Positions 9,227 through 17,849 of a stretch of 64,000 nt of DNA are shown piece after piece. The stretch covers positions 2,112,001 through 2,176,000 of the forward strand of contig OZ253462.1 of assembly GCA_965261395.1 (NCBI GenBank), written 5' to 3'. A program made the position numbers and the translations under genes. The notes under the pieces are model-generated. The model saw nothing but the letters and a program-made list of their open reading frames with translations. It was not told the origin of the DNA and did no database searches. The stretch comes from Candidatus Latescibacterota bacterium. Lineage in GTDB: Bacteria > Latescibacterota > UBA2968 > UBA8231. Each line of letters starts with the position of its first letter. The stretch's first letter is position 1.

Positions 9227-9676
9227 ATGATTGCGAAGGGTGTAAACGGTCAAGTCGAAATAGTTGGTGCAAAGATTGTAATATCACGGAAAGGGGCCAT
9301 GGCGTTCATGACGCATGGTTTCAAGGGCAATAAAGAGATATTGATCTCTCAGATTTCGTCAATTCAATATAAGCAAGCTGGCATGATGACTAATGGGTAC
9401 ATTCAATTTGCGTTTATAGGAGGACAAGAAGCAAAGAGAGGCTTGCTGCAATCGACACAAGATGAGAATTCAATTGTGTTCAATAGGAGTCAACAACCTC
9501 ACTTTGACGAGTTGAAGGCGGAAATTGATAGGATTAGAGACTCTCTCGATCGTGAAGTGACAGCGGCTCCGATATCTGGTTTGGATGAACTTGAGAAGTT
9601 AGCATCTTTGAAGGATAAAGGTGTCATTACCGAGGACGAATTTCAGGAAAAGAAGAAACAGATATTGGGACTTTAA
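9227..9676 (+). CDS. DUF4429 (PH-like) plus SHOCT domain protein
   Basis: KGVNGQVEI...GNKEILISQISSIQYK.AG...GYIQF...DENSIVF; SHOCT DELEKLASLKDKGVITEDEFQEKKKQIL; GAGGAG RBS. Confidence 0.85.
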   Translation: MIAKGVNGQVEIVGAKIVISRKGAMAFMTHGFKGNKEILISQISSIQYKQAGMMTNGYIQFAFIGGQEAKRGLLQSTQDENSIVFNRSQQPHFDELKAEIDRIRDSLDREVTAAPISGLDELEKLASLKDKGVITEDEFQEKKKQILGL

Positions 9677-9698
9677 GGCTATATGGGAGAACGTCGCA

Positions 9699-10033
9699 AT
9701 TGGTCGGATGGGAGAGCGTATCTCCTGCTCTCACTCCTAGAACCCCTGGAGAAGCTGGTGGCTCTGGTACCCCCGCCCTGGCTCTATCTCCTGCACTACC
9801 ACGGTGTCCTGACACCTCGTGCCCGGGACCGTGAACGCATCATGCCCTCGAAACCAGTTGAGAGCCACCGGCTACGGACCGCACTTCGAGCGTTCCGTCC
9901 TGCGGCCATCAACTGGGTGGGCGGCCCTGCTCGCCCGCGTGTTTTCCTGCGACATTAGCTCATGCGCGGCCTGTAGCGGTCGCCTGAGGATCATCTCCGC
10001 CCGCACCGATCCGGGCTCAATCCGACGCTATTT
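9699..10033 (+). mobile_element. IS91/ISCR-family transposase 3' fragment, copy 3
   Basis: WSDGRAYLLLS.LE.LEKLVALVPPP...YHGVL.PRARDR...LLARVFSCDISSCAACSGRLRII; homologous to 8055-8390. Confidence 0.85.
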
Positions 10034-11099
10034 GATAGGGCAATGGTTTTGGATCGAGCCATTCTACAATTCGATCTTTTATCGCCCAAGCAAAGAAGAA
10101 ATTCCCGCGCGGCGTGTGATGCCCAATGTAATACGGTGCCAAAAATGTCTGTACATCCCCTCGATATGTCGCGTATTCTTCCCGAAAAGCATCGCGCAAA
10201 TCGATCATCGGTACATCCTTTGTCGCCAGCCAATCCAAAAACGTCTGGTCAAAAAGCGGCTCACCCTTCAGGGCATTCGCTACATTGAGCGAACCAAATG
10301 ACAAAATCACCAGCAGCTTTTTTTCATTGGCCTTTGTAAACGCCTCGGCCTTTTCAATCACAAACCGCGTTGCAAACAGAGCCGCTTCAGTATGCAAGCT
10401 GTAAACCTCGGCATCTGACCCCGCATTCTCGAGCTCTCCCCCCATACTTTGCGCCATTGCCGACGCATCTTCCACACTGCCCTTGCGCGCCATAACCGCG
10501 TGCAAAATCGGATCATCGCCAAAAGTCTCCCACACCCAATCCGCATCGCATAACCGATAGAGTTCTTCGGGAGTCTTACACAAATTCTCGCGCTCTTCCA
10601 CGGTTCCGCTTTCCAGATTCACGCACAAATGCGGCAGCGTAAACCGCCCCTGTCGTCCCATGCGAATGGACCGCCACGCATCCAAATTGCGAAAGTGATC
10701 GTCGTCCCACACATTCAAAATTACGTATTCGGCGGGATATTCCCTCTCCACAATTAACATTCGCCGATACGCCTGATACACACTGTGCCCGCCAATGCCG
10801 TAATTGCGAACGGGTTCCAGCAGATGCGCGGCCAAATACTCCTGCCATGTCTCCCCATTGCTGACCTGATCGCAATGCGTAAAGCTATTCCCATACGTAT
10901 GGATGCGACACGGGCAATCCGCGTAATTGACCGCTTGCCGCGCACCATCTTTCTCGTACGCGTAAAACCCGCGCGAATCATCTACACCACCACCGCGAAA
11001 CCCATCGCAAACCACCCATCCGATCTCGGGGTCAAACGCCGACTGTGCGTTATTACACATAATCCTCGCCAACTCTACCGGCACATTGGCCTTCGCAGG

Positions 11100-12275
11100 G
11101 GCTTTGGTGCATGAAAACTGTCGGGGCCGTGTTGCCCCTTGTCTGGTGTGTTTTAGACTTCCTTGGTTATCGGATAGGACTCGGGCTTAGCCAAATGCAA
11201 TAGCCGGTTGAGTATGGCACATCCCACTCGTGTTTCGGTTTGTTGGTGGGATAGGGTTCGGGCGTGCAAGGTGTCGCCGAGGCTCTGTTTGTAGCGGCCG
11301 ATCTGGGTTTCGACGAGGGATCGGCGATGATAGCCACTGGTTTTTTTCCAGGTTCGACGGCCCCGGCTACGGATGGTTCGGATCGTCTCATCGCGGGGCA
11401 ACGGCTCCGCGTTGCAGTTGCCATGTTGCTGGATTTTGGCGTCTTTGCGCGGCGGAATGATCGGCCGGATCGGCGGCCCTCGGTCCGGCGCAGCCAACGC
11501 CTCAAACACCTTGCGTTTATCATAGGCTCCATCCCCGCCCACCGCCGCGATGGGGGCCGCGACTTGCTCCAGCAACGGCTCGACCTGCCCGGCATCATCT
11601 GGGCGATTGGCCGTCAACGTCTGGGCGACGATCTCGCCGGTGGCTTCGTCGACCCCAAGGTGCAATTTGCGCCAGGTGCGCCGCTTGCCCCAGCCGTGCT
11701 GACGCACCTTCCACTCGCCTTCGCCATACCCCTTCAACCCCGTCGAATCAACGACCCAATGCCGGGGTTGATCCGTGGGCTGGGTAGGCAACGCTACTGT
11801 CAAGTCAGCCTGACGCCGCGAGAGGGTCGTATGATCCGGCACCCGTATAGCCAAGCCCATCAAGGCTACAATGGAAGCGACAAACCCCTCGGTTTGGCGT
11901 AGCGGCAAGTGATACATAAGCCGCAACGTCAACGCCGTGTGGATGGCTACGTCCGAAAAGGTATATTGCGCCCCCCGTTGGCGCGGCCCTTGATAATACC
12001 ACGCTTCGACCGCTTGGGGGGAAAACCACACCGTCAGGCTACCGCGCTGGGTAAGCCCCGCATCATAATCAGGCCAATTACGCACCCGATACACAACCTT
12101 CGAGCGACGGCGACGGGGCTTGACCGAAGACGGAGCAGACGATACGTTGGACAGGACAGGTTCCTTGGAAGAGAAGGCATAGAGTCTTTTCGCAAAAAAG
12201 TCATGCCCAATCTACTGAGGAGCCTGTCTTTATTCAACCGAGAAACCCAAAAATACCGATCCATGCACCAAAGCC
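11100..12275 (-). mobile_element. IS5 family (IS903 group) insertion sequence, isoform A
   Basis: TIRs GGCTTTGGTGCATG / CATGCACCAAAGCC; 9-bp target duplication CTTCGCAGG at 11091-11099 and 12276-12284. Confidence 0.95.
11153..12094 (-). CDS. IS903-like DDE transposase
   Basis: YRVRNW..Y...L.QRGSLTVW, DSTGLK, RRTWRKLHLGVD, DGAYD, GYHRRSLVET. The position matching the ATG of isoform B is CTG at 12154. Confidence 0.93.
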   Translation of the reverse strand: MYRVRNWPDYDAGLTQRGSLTVWFSPQAVEAWYYQGPRQRGAQYTFSDVAIHTALTLRLMYHLPLRQTEGFVASIVALMGLAIRVPDHTTLSRRQADLTVALPTQPTDQPRHWVVDSTGLKGYGEGEWKVRQHGWGKRRTWRKLHLGVDEATGEIVAQTLTANRPDDAGQVEPLLEQVAAPIAAVGGDGAYDKRKVFEALAAPDRGPPIRPIIPPRKDAKIQQHGNCNAEPLPRDETIRTIRSRGRRTWKKTSGYHRRSLVETQIGRYKQSLGDTLHARTLSHQQTETRVGCAILNRLLHLAKPESYPITKEV

Positions 12276-12372
12276 CTTCGCAGGTGTCACAAAATGATCC
12301 ACCATCTCGCGCGTTGGCATAATCGATTCCAAATATTCGCGTCTTGTCATCGCGGGATCCTTTTCCCTATTC

Positions 12373-13602
12373 CTATTGCGGTTCGGTCCCCGCCAAAACC
12401 GCTTCCGGAGTCGTGCCAACAAGGTTGCAATAAACCTCCGGATCGGTCACCCCCTCGGTTGCAATGATGACGACACGGCTGTCGCAATCGAGTCCAAGCT
12501 GCTGCCGCAGATTTTCGTCACGGGTCGTTGCCAGCAATCCTGCCCACGCTGCAATCCCCGTTTCACCAATCGCGATTGGGGGATCCCCACCGACACCTGT
12601 CGCCGCTTGTCGCATGGCATCAACAGCCGCTTCGTCAGGGATAGTAAGAAAGGCGAAAGCACCAGCCCTTAGAATATCCCACGCTTGGGGCGAAGCGGAT
12701 TCAACGACCAGTCCGTCCATAACGGACCGACCATCCCCGCTGACGGTTGCTGCGCTGTTTTCAAGCGCGCTTCGGTATAGGCAGGCAGATGTGGTGGGTT
12801 CAACGACAACTACCCGCGGATGGTTGCGCTCATATCGCTCCCACAAATGCCCGCAGGTCGCCGCGGCAAGTCGACCGCCACCGCCGGGGACAAAGACATG
12901 AGTGGGTGGTTGGACGGCGCTGAACTGTCGAACGATTTCGTCCGCGACTATTGCGTAACCCTGCATAATCTCACGGGAGATGTGGGGATACTCTGCAGAT
13001 TTCTCATCCGATATGGCAAAATAGCCGAACATCTCAGCGTCCGCGTAGGAGCGTTGCACCACTCGATCGTAGTTTCCCGCTACTCGCACCACCTCTGCGC
13101 CATAGGCAGCAATCGCTTCCTCTCTACCGGCGCTGACGCCATCGTTCATGTAAATCACGCATCGACAACCGAACATACGGGCACCCCACGCCAACGCGCG
13201 CCCGTGATTGCCCGATGTTGCCGCCGAGACGACAACCTCTCTCGTCACCGATTCATACTGCCGATTTATCAGGTCTTGTGTCGTGACTGTTGCCACACCA
13301 GTGGCTTTTTTGATTTCACCCTTCAACACGGACAGCATTGCGTAAACGGGTCCCGTCGGCTTAAAACTCCCCACCTCGAATCGATACCCTTCATGCTTGC
13401 ACCACAGGCCTTCAACACCGCTCGCCGCCGCAAGACCGTTCAATGCAATCAGCGGCGTCGGTTGATAACCGGGCAAGCGCGTCACCTCTACTTCCACATC
13501 AGCGAAGGCATCTCGATTTAGTAACGCCTGCTGCGTTGGACCGTAGTCCGGTGGAGGGTGGGCTTGCGCATTAATAAAGACATTAGTTTGGTAGGGGTTC
13601 AT
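12373..13602 (-). CDS. Diaminopropionate ammonia-lyase family PLP enzyme
   Basis: YQPTPL, RFEVGSFK, ATSGNHGRALAWGA, IMQGY, PTHVFVPGGGG, TEG.TDPE. Confidence 0.85.
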   Translation of the reverse strand: MNPYQTNVFINAQAHPPPDYGPTQQALLNRDAFADVEVEVTRLPGYQPTPLIALNGLAAASGVEGLWCKHEGYRFEVGSFKPTGPVYAMLSVLKGEIKKATGVATVTTQDLINRQYESVTREVVVSAATSGNHGRALAWGARMFGCRCVIYMNDGVSAGREEAIAAYGAEVVRVAGNYDRVVQRSYADAEMFGYFAISDEKSAEYPHISREIMQGYAIVADEIVRQFSAVQPPTHVFVPGGGGRLAAATCGHLWERYERNHPRVVVVEPTTSACLYRSALENSAATVSGDGRSVMDGLVVESASPQAWDILRAGAFAFLTIPDEAAVDAMRQAATGVGGDPPIAIGETGIAAWAGLLATTRDENLRQQLGLDCDSRVVIIATEGVTDPEVYCNLVGTTPEAVLAGTEPQ

Positions 13603-13828
13603 AGGTATTCACTTTGCGGGTGTTTGTTCACTTTTCTTTGGAAATGGTGCACGCGAGGTGCGTCTAGGGATTCTTGGGCGGTCATTTGCAGATCAATTAG
13701 ATTCACCGAGATACTGAGCTGATTGTTCGGAATAATACGTCCGCTGGGGATGCCGTAAGGTAGCGAAAGGGGCATTGTCCCGCCACGCGAGCATCGGTGC
13801 CATGTTATGCAACGGACGTTTGCCGCGA

Positions 13829-13985
13829 GCGATGGCACCGCCGAGGGCCCCGCCTCAGCCGCAGTTCGAGTGCGCCGCCTGACCTCCCCTGCTCGACCGC
13901 CTTCTGCGCCGGCCGGTACGGTGGGGTGCGCCCTGAATGGCCTCCACAAATAGCAGGTTGCCCTCGATACGGGCCGACCGGCATC
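13829..13985 (+). mobile_element. IS91/ISCR-family fragment, copy 4 (last transposase codons plus start of the oriIS arm)
   Basis: GCGATGGCACCGCCGAGGGCCCCGCCTCAGCCGCAGTTCGAG...CCGCCTTCTGCGCCG matches 8420-8510. Confidence 0.8.
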
Positions 13986-14306
13986 CAAACCCTATTAGGT
14001 GTCAGGGAACAGACGGATTAACTGCGGCAGGGATAGCCCTTGACGGTAGGCTTGGCCCGGCCCTTTCTTTTTCTTAGTCATCCTTTTAGGCCATTTCTTG
14101 GAAATCATCAGTATGATTTCTCCCAGTATTTCAAGGAGTGCTAAGGTCTTGGTAATGACCATAATGCACCTCACTTGTTGCGAGTGCTTGCACAACACTC
14201 TGGTTTAATAGATTCGCCGCTGGATATGATTAGCGGCACGGAGATAAGAATAAAGTATATACTTTACAACAGTTTATACCATATTTGGAGGAAAAACGCA
14301 CAGAAA

Positions 14307-14342
14307 AAGCCCCAAGCCACAATACATTGTGGCTTGGGGCTT
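14307..14342. terminator. Perfect 17-bp stem hairpin
   Basis: AAGCCCCAAGCCACAAT-ac-ATTGTGGCTTGGGGCTT, preceded by an A-run (U-tract on the minus strand). Confidence 0.6.
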
Positions 14343-14582
14343 GAAGGATAGAGCGGATAGAGCTATTTCCTTTTGGGCTTAGATCGGCAATGCCTATCAA
14401 CATGCTCCACCGATCCATCTTTCCTTACTCTAATATGCGTTTTAACATCAACAGGCTTTCCCTTTTTTGCCATAACCCGATCCCCTTTCTTTGGTTAGTG
14501 GCTCAGGAACGTAGATATAATAAATATACCACATCAGACATCGTCAAGTGTCTCAAGCAACAAGATATTGTGGTTTGGGCAT

Positions 14583-14611
14583 TTGACAATGTCCTCAGAA
14601 TTTGCTATGCA
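14583..14611 (+). promoter_or_regulatory. Putative sigma70 promoter for 14670-14894
   Basis: TTGACA-17 bp-TATGCA; AGGAGG RBS at the gene. Confidence 0.4.
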
Positions 14612-14669
14612 CTATGTACACTATTTTGTTCTCATGTCCAGCTATACACCTTAAATCAGGAGGAGCATA

Positions 14670-14894
14670 ATGCCCAATTACATCGTGAATAAAAATAAAC
14701 AGCCCAGCGGGGATAACGAAGTTCACGTATTCCCAAAACCGTCGAACTGCCTAAACCATAACTATCCAGCACCTCATAATCGAGAAGCATTGGGCTACCA
14801 TTCCTCATGTCGTGGAGCGGTTACGGAAGCGAAACGCAGAGGATACAATGCAGACGGTTGCTATTGGTGTGCTAATGAATGTCATACCAGATAA
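14670..14894 (+). CDS. Small Cys/His-rich putative metal-binding protein
   Basis: YIVNKNKQPSGDNEVH...C...LGYHSSC..AV.EAK....ADGCYWC..ECHT; strong RBS; hairpin downstream near 14924-14957. Confidence 0.75.
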   Translation: MPNYIVNKNKQPSGDNEVHVFPKPSNCLNHNYPAPHNREALGYHSSCRGAVTEAKRRGYNADGCYWCANECHTR

Positions 14895-15235
14895 TACCCC
14901 AGTATAAATTTTCATTTTTTCCTTGCCCCAAACTATTGTCTCAGAGTAGCTTGGGGCTGTTTGTGTTCCCTACGGGTTGGGCCACAAAGTATGTAAGTCC
15001 CTTTTTTAAAAGGGAATTATATACGTGAGTGATCAAGGATGGCGTAGGTCTCTGTATAATTGAGACTTGCGCTATTTTTTTAGCTTTGAATGATTATTAC
15101 CCAATAAATAGACACAATCGGGCAAAAGTCAAGAAAATCGGAGCTAGCGGCTGGCCCGTTTTTGACTTGACAGGCGATGAAAATCATCTACTCTTAAAAT
15201 TTAGAACAAGTTAGAATAAACAGAACAGGTAGAAA

Positions 15236-15889
15236 ATGGACACAAGCGCCCCTTACCTGCTACACTCGGTCATTGTCGTCGTTATGGCTGAAGAGCATGA
15301 ACCTACGATGCTCAGTCCTAGGTTTTTGGCCGAAAAAGAGATTGTGCCTAATGACTGGAAAGCGGCTCAGTCAATAACGAACCCCTTTGAATCGGCCGTT
15401 CGGTATGAAAAAGCCATGCTTAAAATGAGTTCATCAAGGTTCGAGGTTGAGGGACTTAGCGATGGCTCTTTTAAGGAAAGCTATGCTGCCCATAGTATAG
15501 TTGCTGACTATGTATCGAAAATGCCCCATACCCCATATCGTAGTCTTGGGCTTAATTGCAGGGTGTTAATAAGAGCAGACAATCCCGAGCAGTGGCTGTC
15601 ACAACGGTTCTTGTGCCCCAATCTATGGAGAAACGGCAATCCCGAGGGGCATATTGAAAAAGCAGATTTTACCGTGCCTATGGATGATGGATTGTCTTGC
15701 GAATTTTCGTTTACCTCGGGCAATTTGAATAATGAACAGAGTGAATCTGAAAAAATCGTTGTTGTCACTGTCAACATTGACCATCCGGGAGCACTAAACA
15801 CCGGCTTAATACGGGAGGCTATTAGGCGATGGCCCAAGCGACAAGAATTGATCCGGGTTACTTTGGACAAGATTTTGAGGAGTTCATAG
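15236..15889 (+). CDS. Hypothetical protein, possibly TIGR04255-related (cassette gene 1)
   Basis: SVIVV....EPTMLSPRFL....IVP..W and MPHTPYRSLGLN motifs. TTGACA at 15167 upstream. Confidence 0.6.
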   Translation: MDTSAPYLLHSVIVVVMAEEHEPTMLSPRFLAEKEIVPNDWKAAQSITNPFESAVRYEKAMLKMSSSRFEVEGLSDGSFKESYAAHSIVADYVSKMPHTPYRSLGLNCRVLIRADNPEQWLSQRFLCPNLWRNGNPEGHIEKADFTVPMDDGLSCEFSFTSGNLNNEQSESEKIVVVTVNIDHPGALNTGLIREAIRRWPKRQELIRVTLDKILRSS

Positions 15890-16392
15890 AACCCACGTCT
15901 TTATCTAGATCTGAGACGATTAGTACGTCTAGGGAGTCCCATTGGCCTAAACCACCTGTCCATACGGACTATCCACAGGGATCGATGCGTATAACCTCAG
16001 TTGTTGCAGAAATTACGAAAAATTGGTTTGATATTGTTATAATTAATCATGTTGATATTATTGTCGATAGGGCTAAGGCTCGCATATTGCGCTTAGAGGA
16101 AAATTGGGACGACGCAGGATGTTCAGCCTATAAAGAAGAAACAATAAAAGCCGCCGCTAAATTTCTCCATCAGTTAGAGGGTTCAAAAGCAATTAAGGTA
16201 CGCATAGCGCCCGCTAGTGAAGGAAGCATAGACCTGCACTGGAAGATGGATAAGTTCGAGCTTTTAATCAATTTTCACCCTGATAACTCGGTTTCTTACT
16301 ACGGGGACGACTACAACGGGAACTTAATCCGGGGGAACTCTTGCCCCAAACCAGAGTTTATTTCGTGTTGGATGAAGCATACTAGTGAATAA
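15829..16392 (+). CDS. Hypothetical protein with LEENWD motif (cassette gene 2); start uncertain
   Basis: S/T/P-rich N-terminus, then LRLEENWDDAG...IAPASEGSIDLHW....ELLINF. Overlaps both neighbours. Confidence 0.65.
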   Translation: MAQATRIDPGYFGQDFEEFIEPTSLSRSETISTSRESHWPKPPVHTDYPQGSMRITSVVAEITKNWFDIVIINHVDIIVDRAKARILRLEENWDDAGCSAYKEETIKAAAKFLHQLEGSKAIKVRIAPASEGSIDLHWKMDKFELLINFHPDNSVSYYGDDYNGNLIRGNSCPKPEFISCWMKHTSE

Positions 16393-16771
16393 GTGGCCCG
16401 TAGAAGAAATCCCGGATGGCGACATGCTATACTATCGCATCCACAAGAGAGTCCTAGCAGAGGCGTCGTCTAACTATTCTGTTAGTGTAACAAAGGACTA
16501 TCTGCCTCCTGCAGTATTCATTTATCAAGGAGGCGATCTATCCGTCGGTTGGGAGAAGCACACAACAGCCAATAAATTATTAAAGCGTGCTAGATCCCCT
16601 AGCGAAACTGGTGTAGTTGAATTTGCGGCTGGACCTGTGCGCGAAGATGGACATACGGTTGTGCATTCTCCTTCCCAATGCAATCGTGCCCATAGCTCTA
16701 TTCGTGGGAATCAGCCCGATGTGCGAGTAACATTAAGTCGCATTGCTAGGTGGAAGATAAATATAAAGTAG
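16385..16771 (+). CDS. Small ADP-ribosyltransferase-fold-like protein (cassette gene 3)
   Basis: LYYR18IH...DLS53VGW...GVVEF...VVHSP...NRAH103SSIRG. Confidence 0.55.
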   Translation: MNKWPVEEIPDGDMLYYRIHKRVLAEASSNYSVSVTKDYLPPAVFIYQGGDLSVGWEKHTTANKLLKRARSPSETGVVEFAAGPVREDGHTVVHSPSQCNRAHSSIRGNQPDVRVTLSRIARWKINIK

Positions 16772-16917
16772 AGTTTTCTTCCCCTCCATCTCCGCCCCGA
16801 GCCTATAGCCCTTAGTCGCTCGGGGATTCTTGTATCCACCGATAGCGTAGGTCTTTGTGAATTAGATATTTGCGCTATTGTTAACCAAAAATTCCCCAAA
16901 GGGAAAGGAGCGTTCAG

Positions 16918-17151
16918 ATGACCGAGGAACTATCTATGTATGATTTTGCTGATTTTTTATCTAAGCAATCTCCCGATAAAAAAGAAGAAAATCTAGTTGA
17001 TTTAATGATCTTAGTAGCTGAACTCCTAAAGAAAGAGAACATTAAAATTATGATACATCCCAAAAGCGATGGCAGCTATGAGCCTCGACTTGAGCATATG
17101 GAGACGCCCTACCCCCCCCCTGTTTCGCTGCGCTTTTTCGGGTATAACTAA
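16918..17151 (+). CDS. Hypothetical protein, 77 aa
   Basis: AAGGAG RBS before the ATG; lies inside the cassette. Confidence 0.5.
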   Translation: MTEELSMYDFADFLSKQSPDKKEENLVDLMILVAELLKKENIKIMIHPKSDGSYEPRLEHMETPYPPPVSLRFFGYN

Positions 17152-17469
17152 GTAAGTAGTAAAGTATATACTTTGCGTTTTTCTCCCTGCGCTACTGTCC
17201 AGTGGCGCATTTTTTGTTCACCTAACACAAGGAGGTGCCTATGCTCAAAAGCTGGGTCATCTTGGAAGTTGTCGGCACGGCGTTGTTGATACTCTATAGA
17301 GGTTGGTCACTCAGGTATATAATTCCCTTTCAAAACTAGGGTTTCGGTATCTCACGCGGCTCAAAGCGTCTGATACCGGGGGCATCTGGCCCTATGAAAA
17401 ACGCTTGACGTCAAGGTACTTTACCCCCCCGCAAAGCGGCCCGATGGGGATTTTAAAAAGGCTTCTAAA

Positions 17470-17840
17470 CTTGAACGCAGAAGTGATGTTGGCAAGTTGG
17501 CACTGAATATCCTAGATCGAGTGAATGCCAGTTTGCAATATCCAAAACGGTTTACTCAGGAAACCTTGAGTCGTCTGGAGAGCTTTAGTTGACCGAGGAA
17601 TGTTCGTGAACTATAATTTGTGGTTGAGCGTTCAGCGTGGCTCGCAAGAAGCTTATCGATGCTGATGACATCGTATTTGATGCGCCAACTTCTGGAACAT
17701 ACCCTTTTGCGTCACTTCCGGAACCACATGACGGGTTATATTATGAACGATTATCTTAAGAGCGTGCGCAAGCAATTGATGCTTCGCGCCCTAGCAATTG
17801 CCAATGGGAATCAGAGCCAGGCGGCAAAATTGTTATACAG
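17470..17840 (+). pseudogene. Sigma54-dependent (NtrC/Fis-type) activator C-terminal remnant
   Basis: LERRSDVGKLALNILDRVN...F*PRNVREL*FVVERSA (degenerate WPGNVRELENVIER), then LRALAIANGNQSQAAKLL Fis-type HTH. Confidence 0.8.
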
Positions 17841-17849
17841 GAGGGTGAA

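Larger units (their letters stand above)
10017..12350 (-). pseudogene. SGNH/GDSL-like hypothetical protein interrupted by an IS5-family element
   Basis: The N-terminus MTRREYLESIMPTREMVDHFVTPAK (start 12350) resumes across the IS as ANVPVELARIM. Motifs YGNSFT, NYGIGG, GHHTPRGN. Confidence 0.8.
13995..15001 (-). mobile_element. Truncated IS1595-family element with a passenger gene
   Basis: TIR GGGACTTACATACTTTGTGGCCCAACC read inward from 15001. Transposase N-terminus MTKKKKGPGQAYRQGLSLPQLIRLFPD (14081 to 13995) resembles IS1595-type starts and then breaks off. Confidence 0.65.
15012..17327. mobile_element. Non-autonomous IS1595-type mobile cassette without transposase, carrying passenger genes
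   Basis: Left end GGGAATTATATACGTGAGTGATCAA; right end reverse complement GGGAATTATATACCTGAGTGACCAA (23/25 identical). AT-rich 8-bp flanks TTTTAAAA / TTTCAAAA (7/8). Confidence 0.85.

Noticed and set aside
5649-13985. Integron cassette array
   Set aside because: No integron integrase or attC-like sites recognised; the repeats are IS91-derived.
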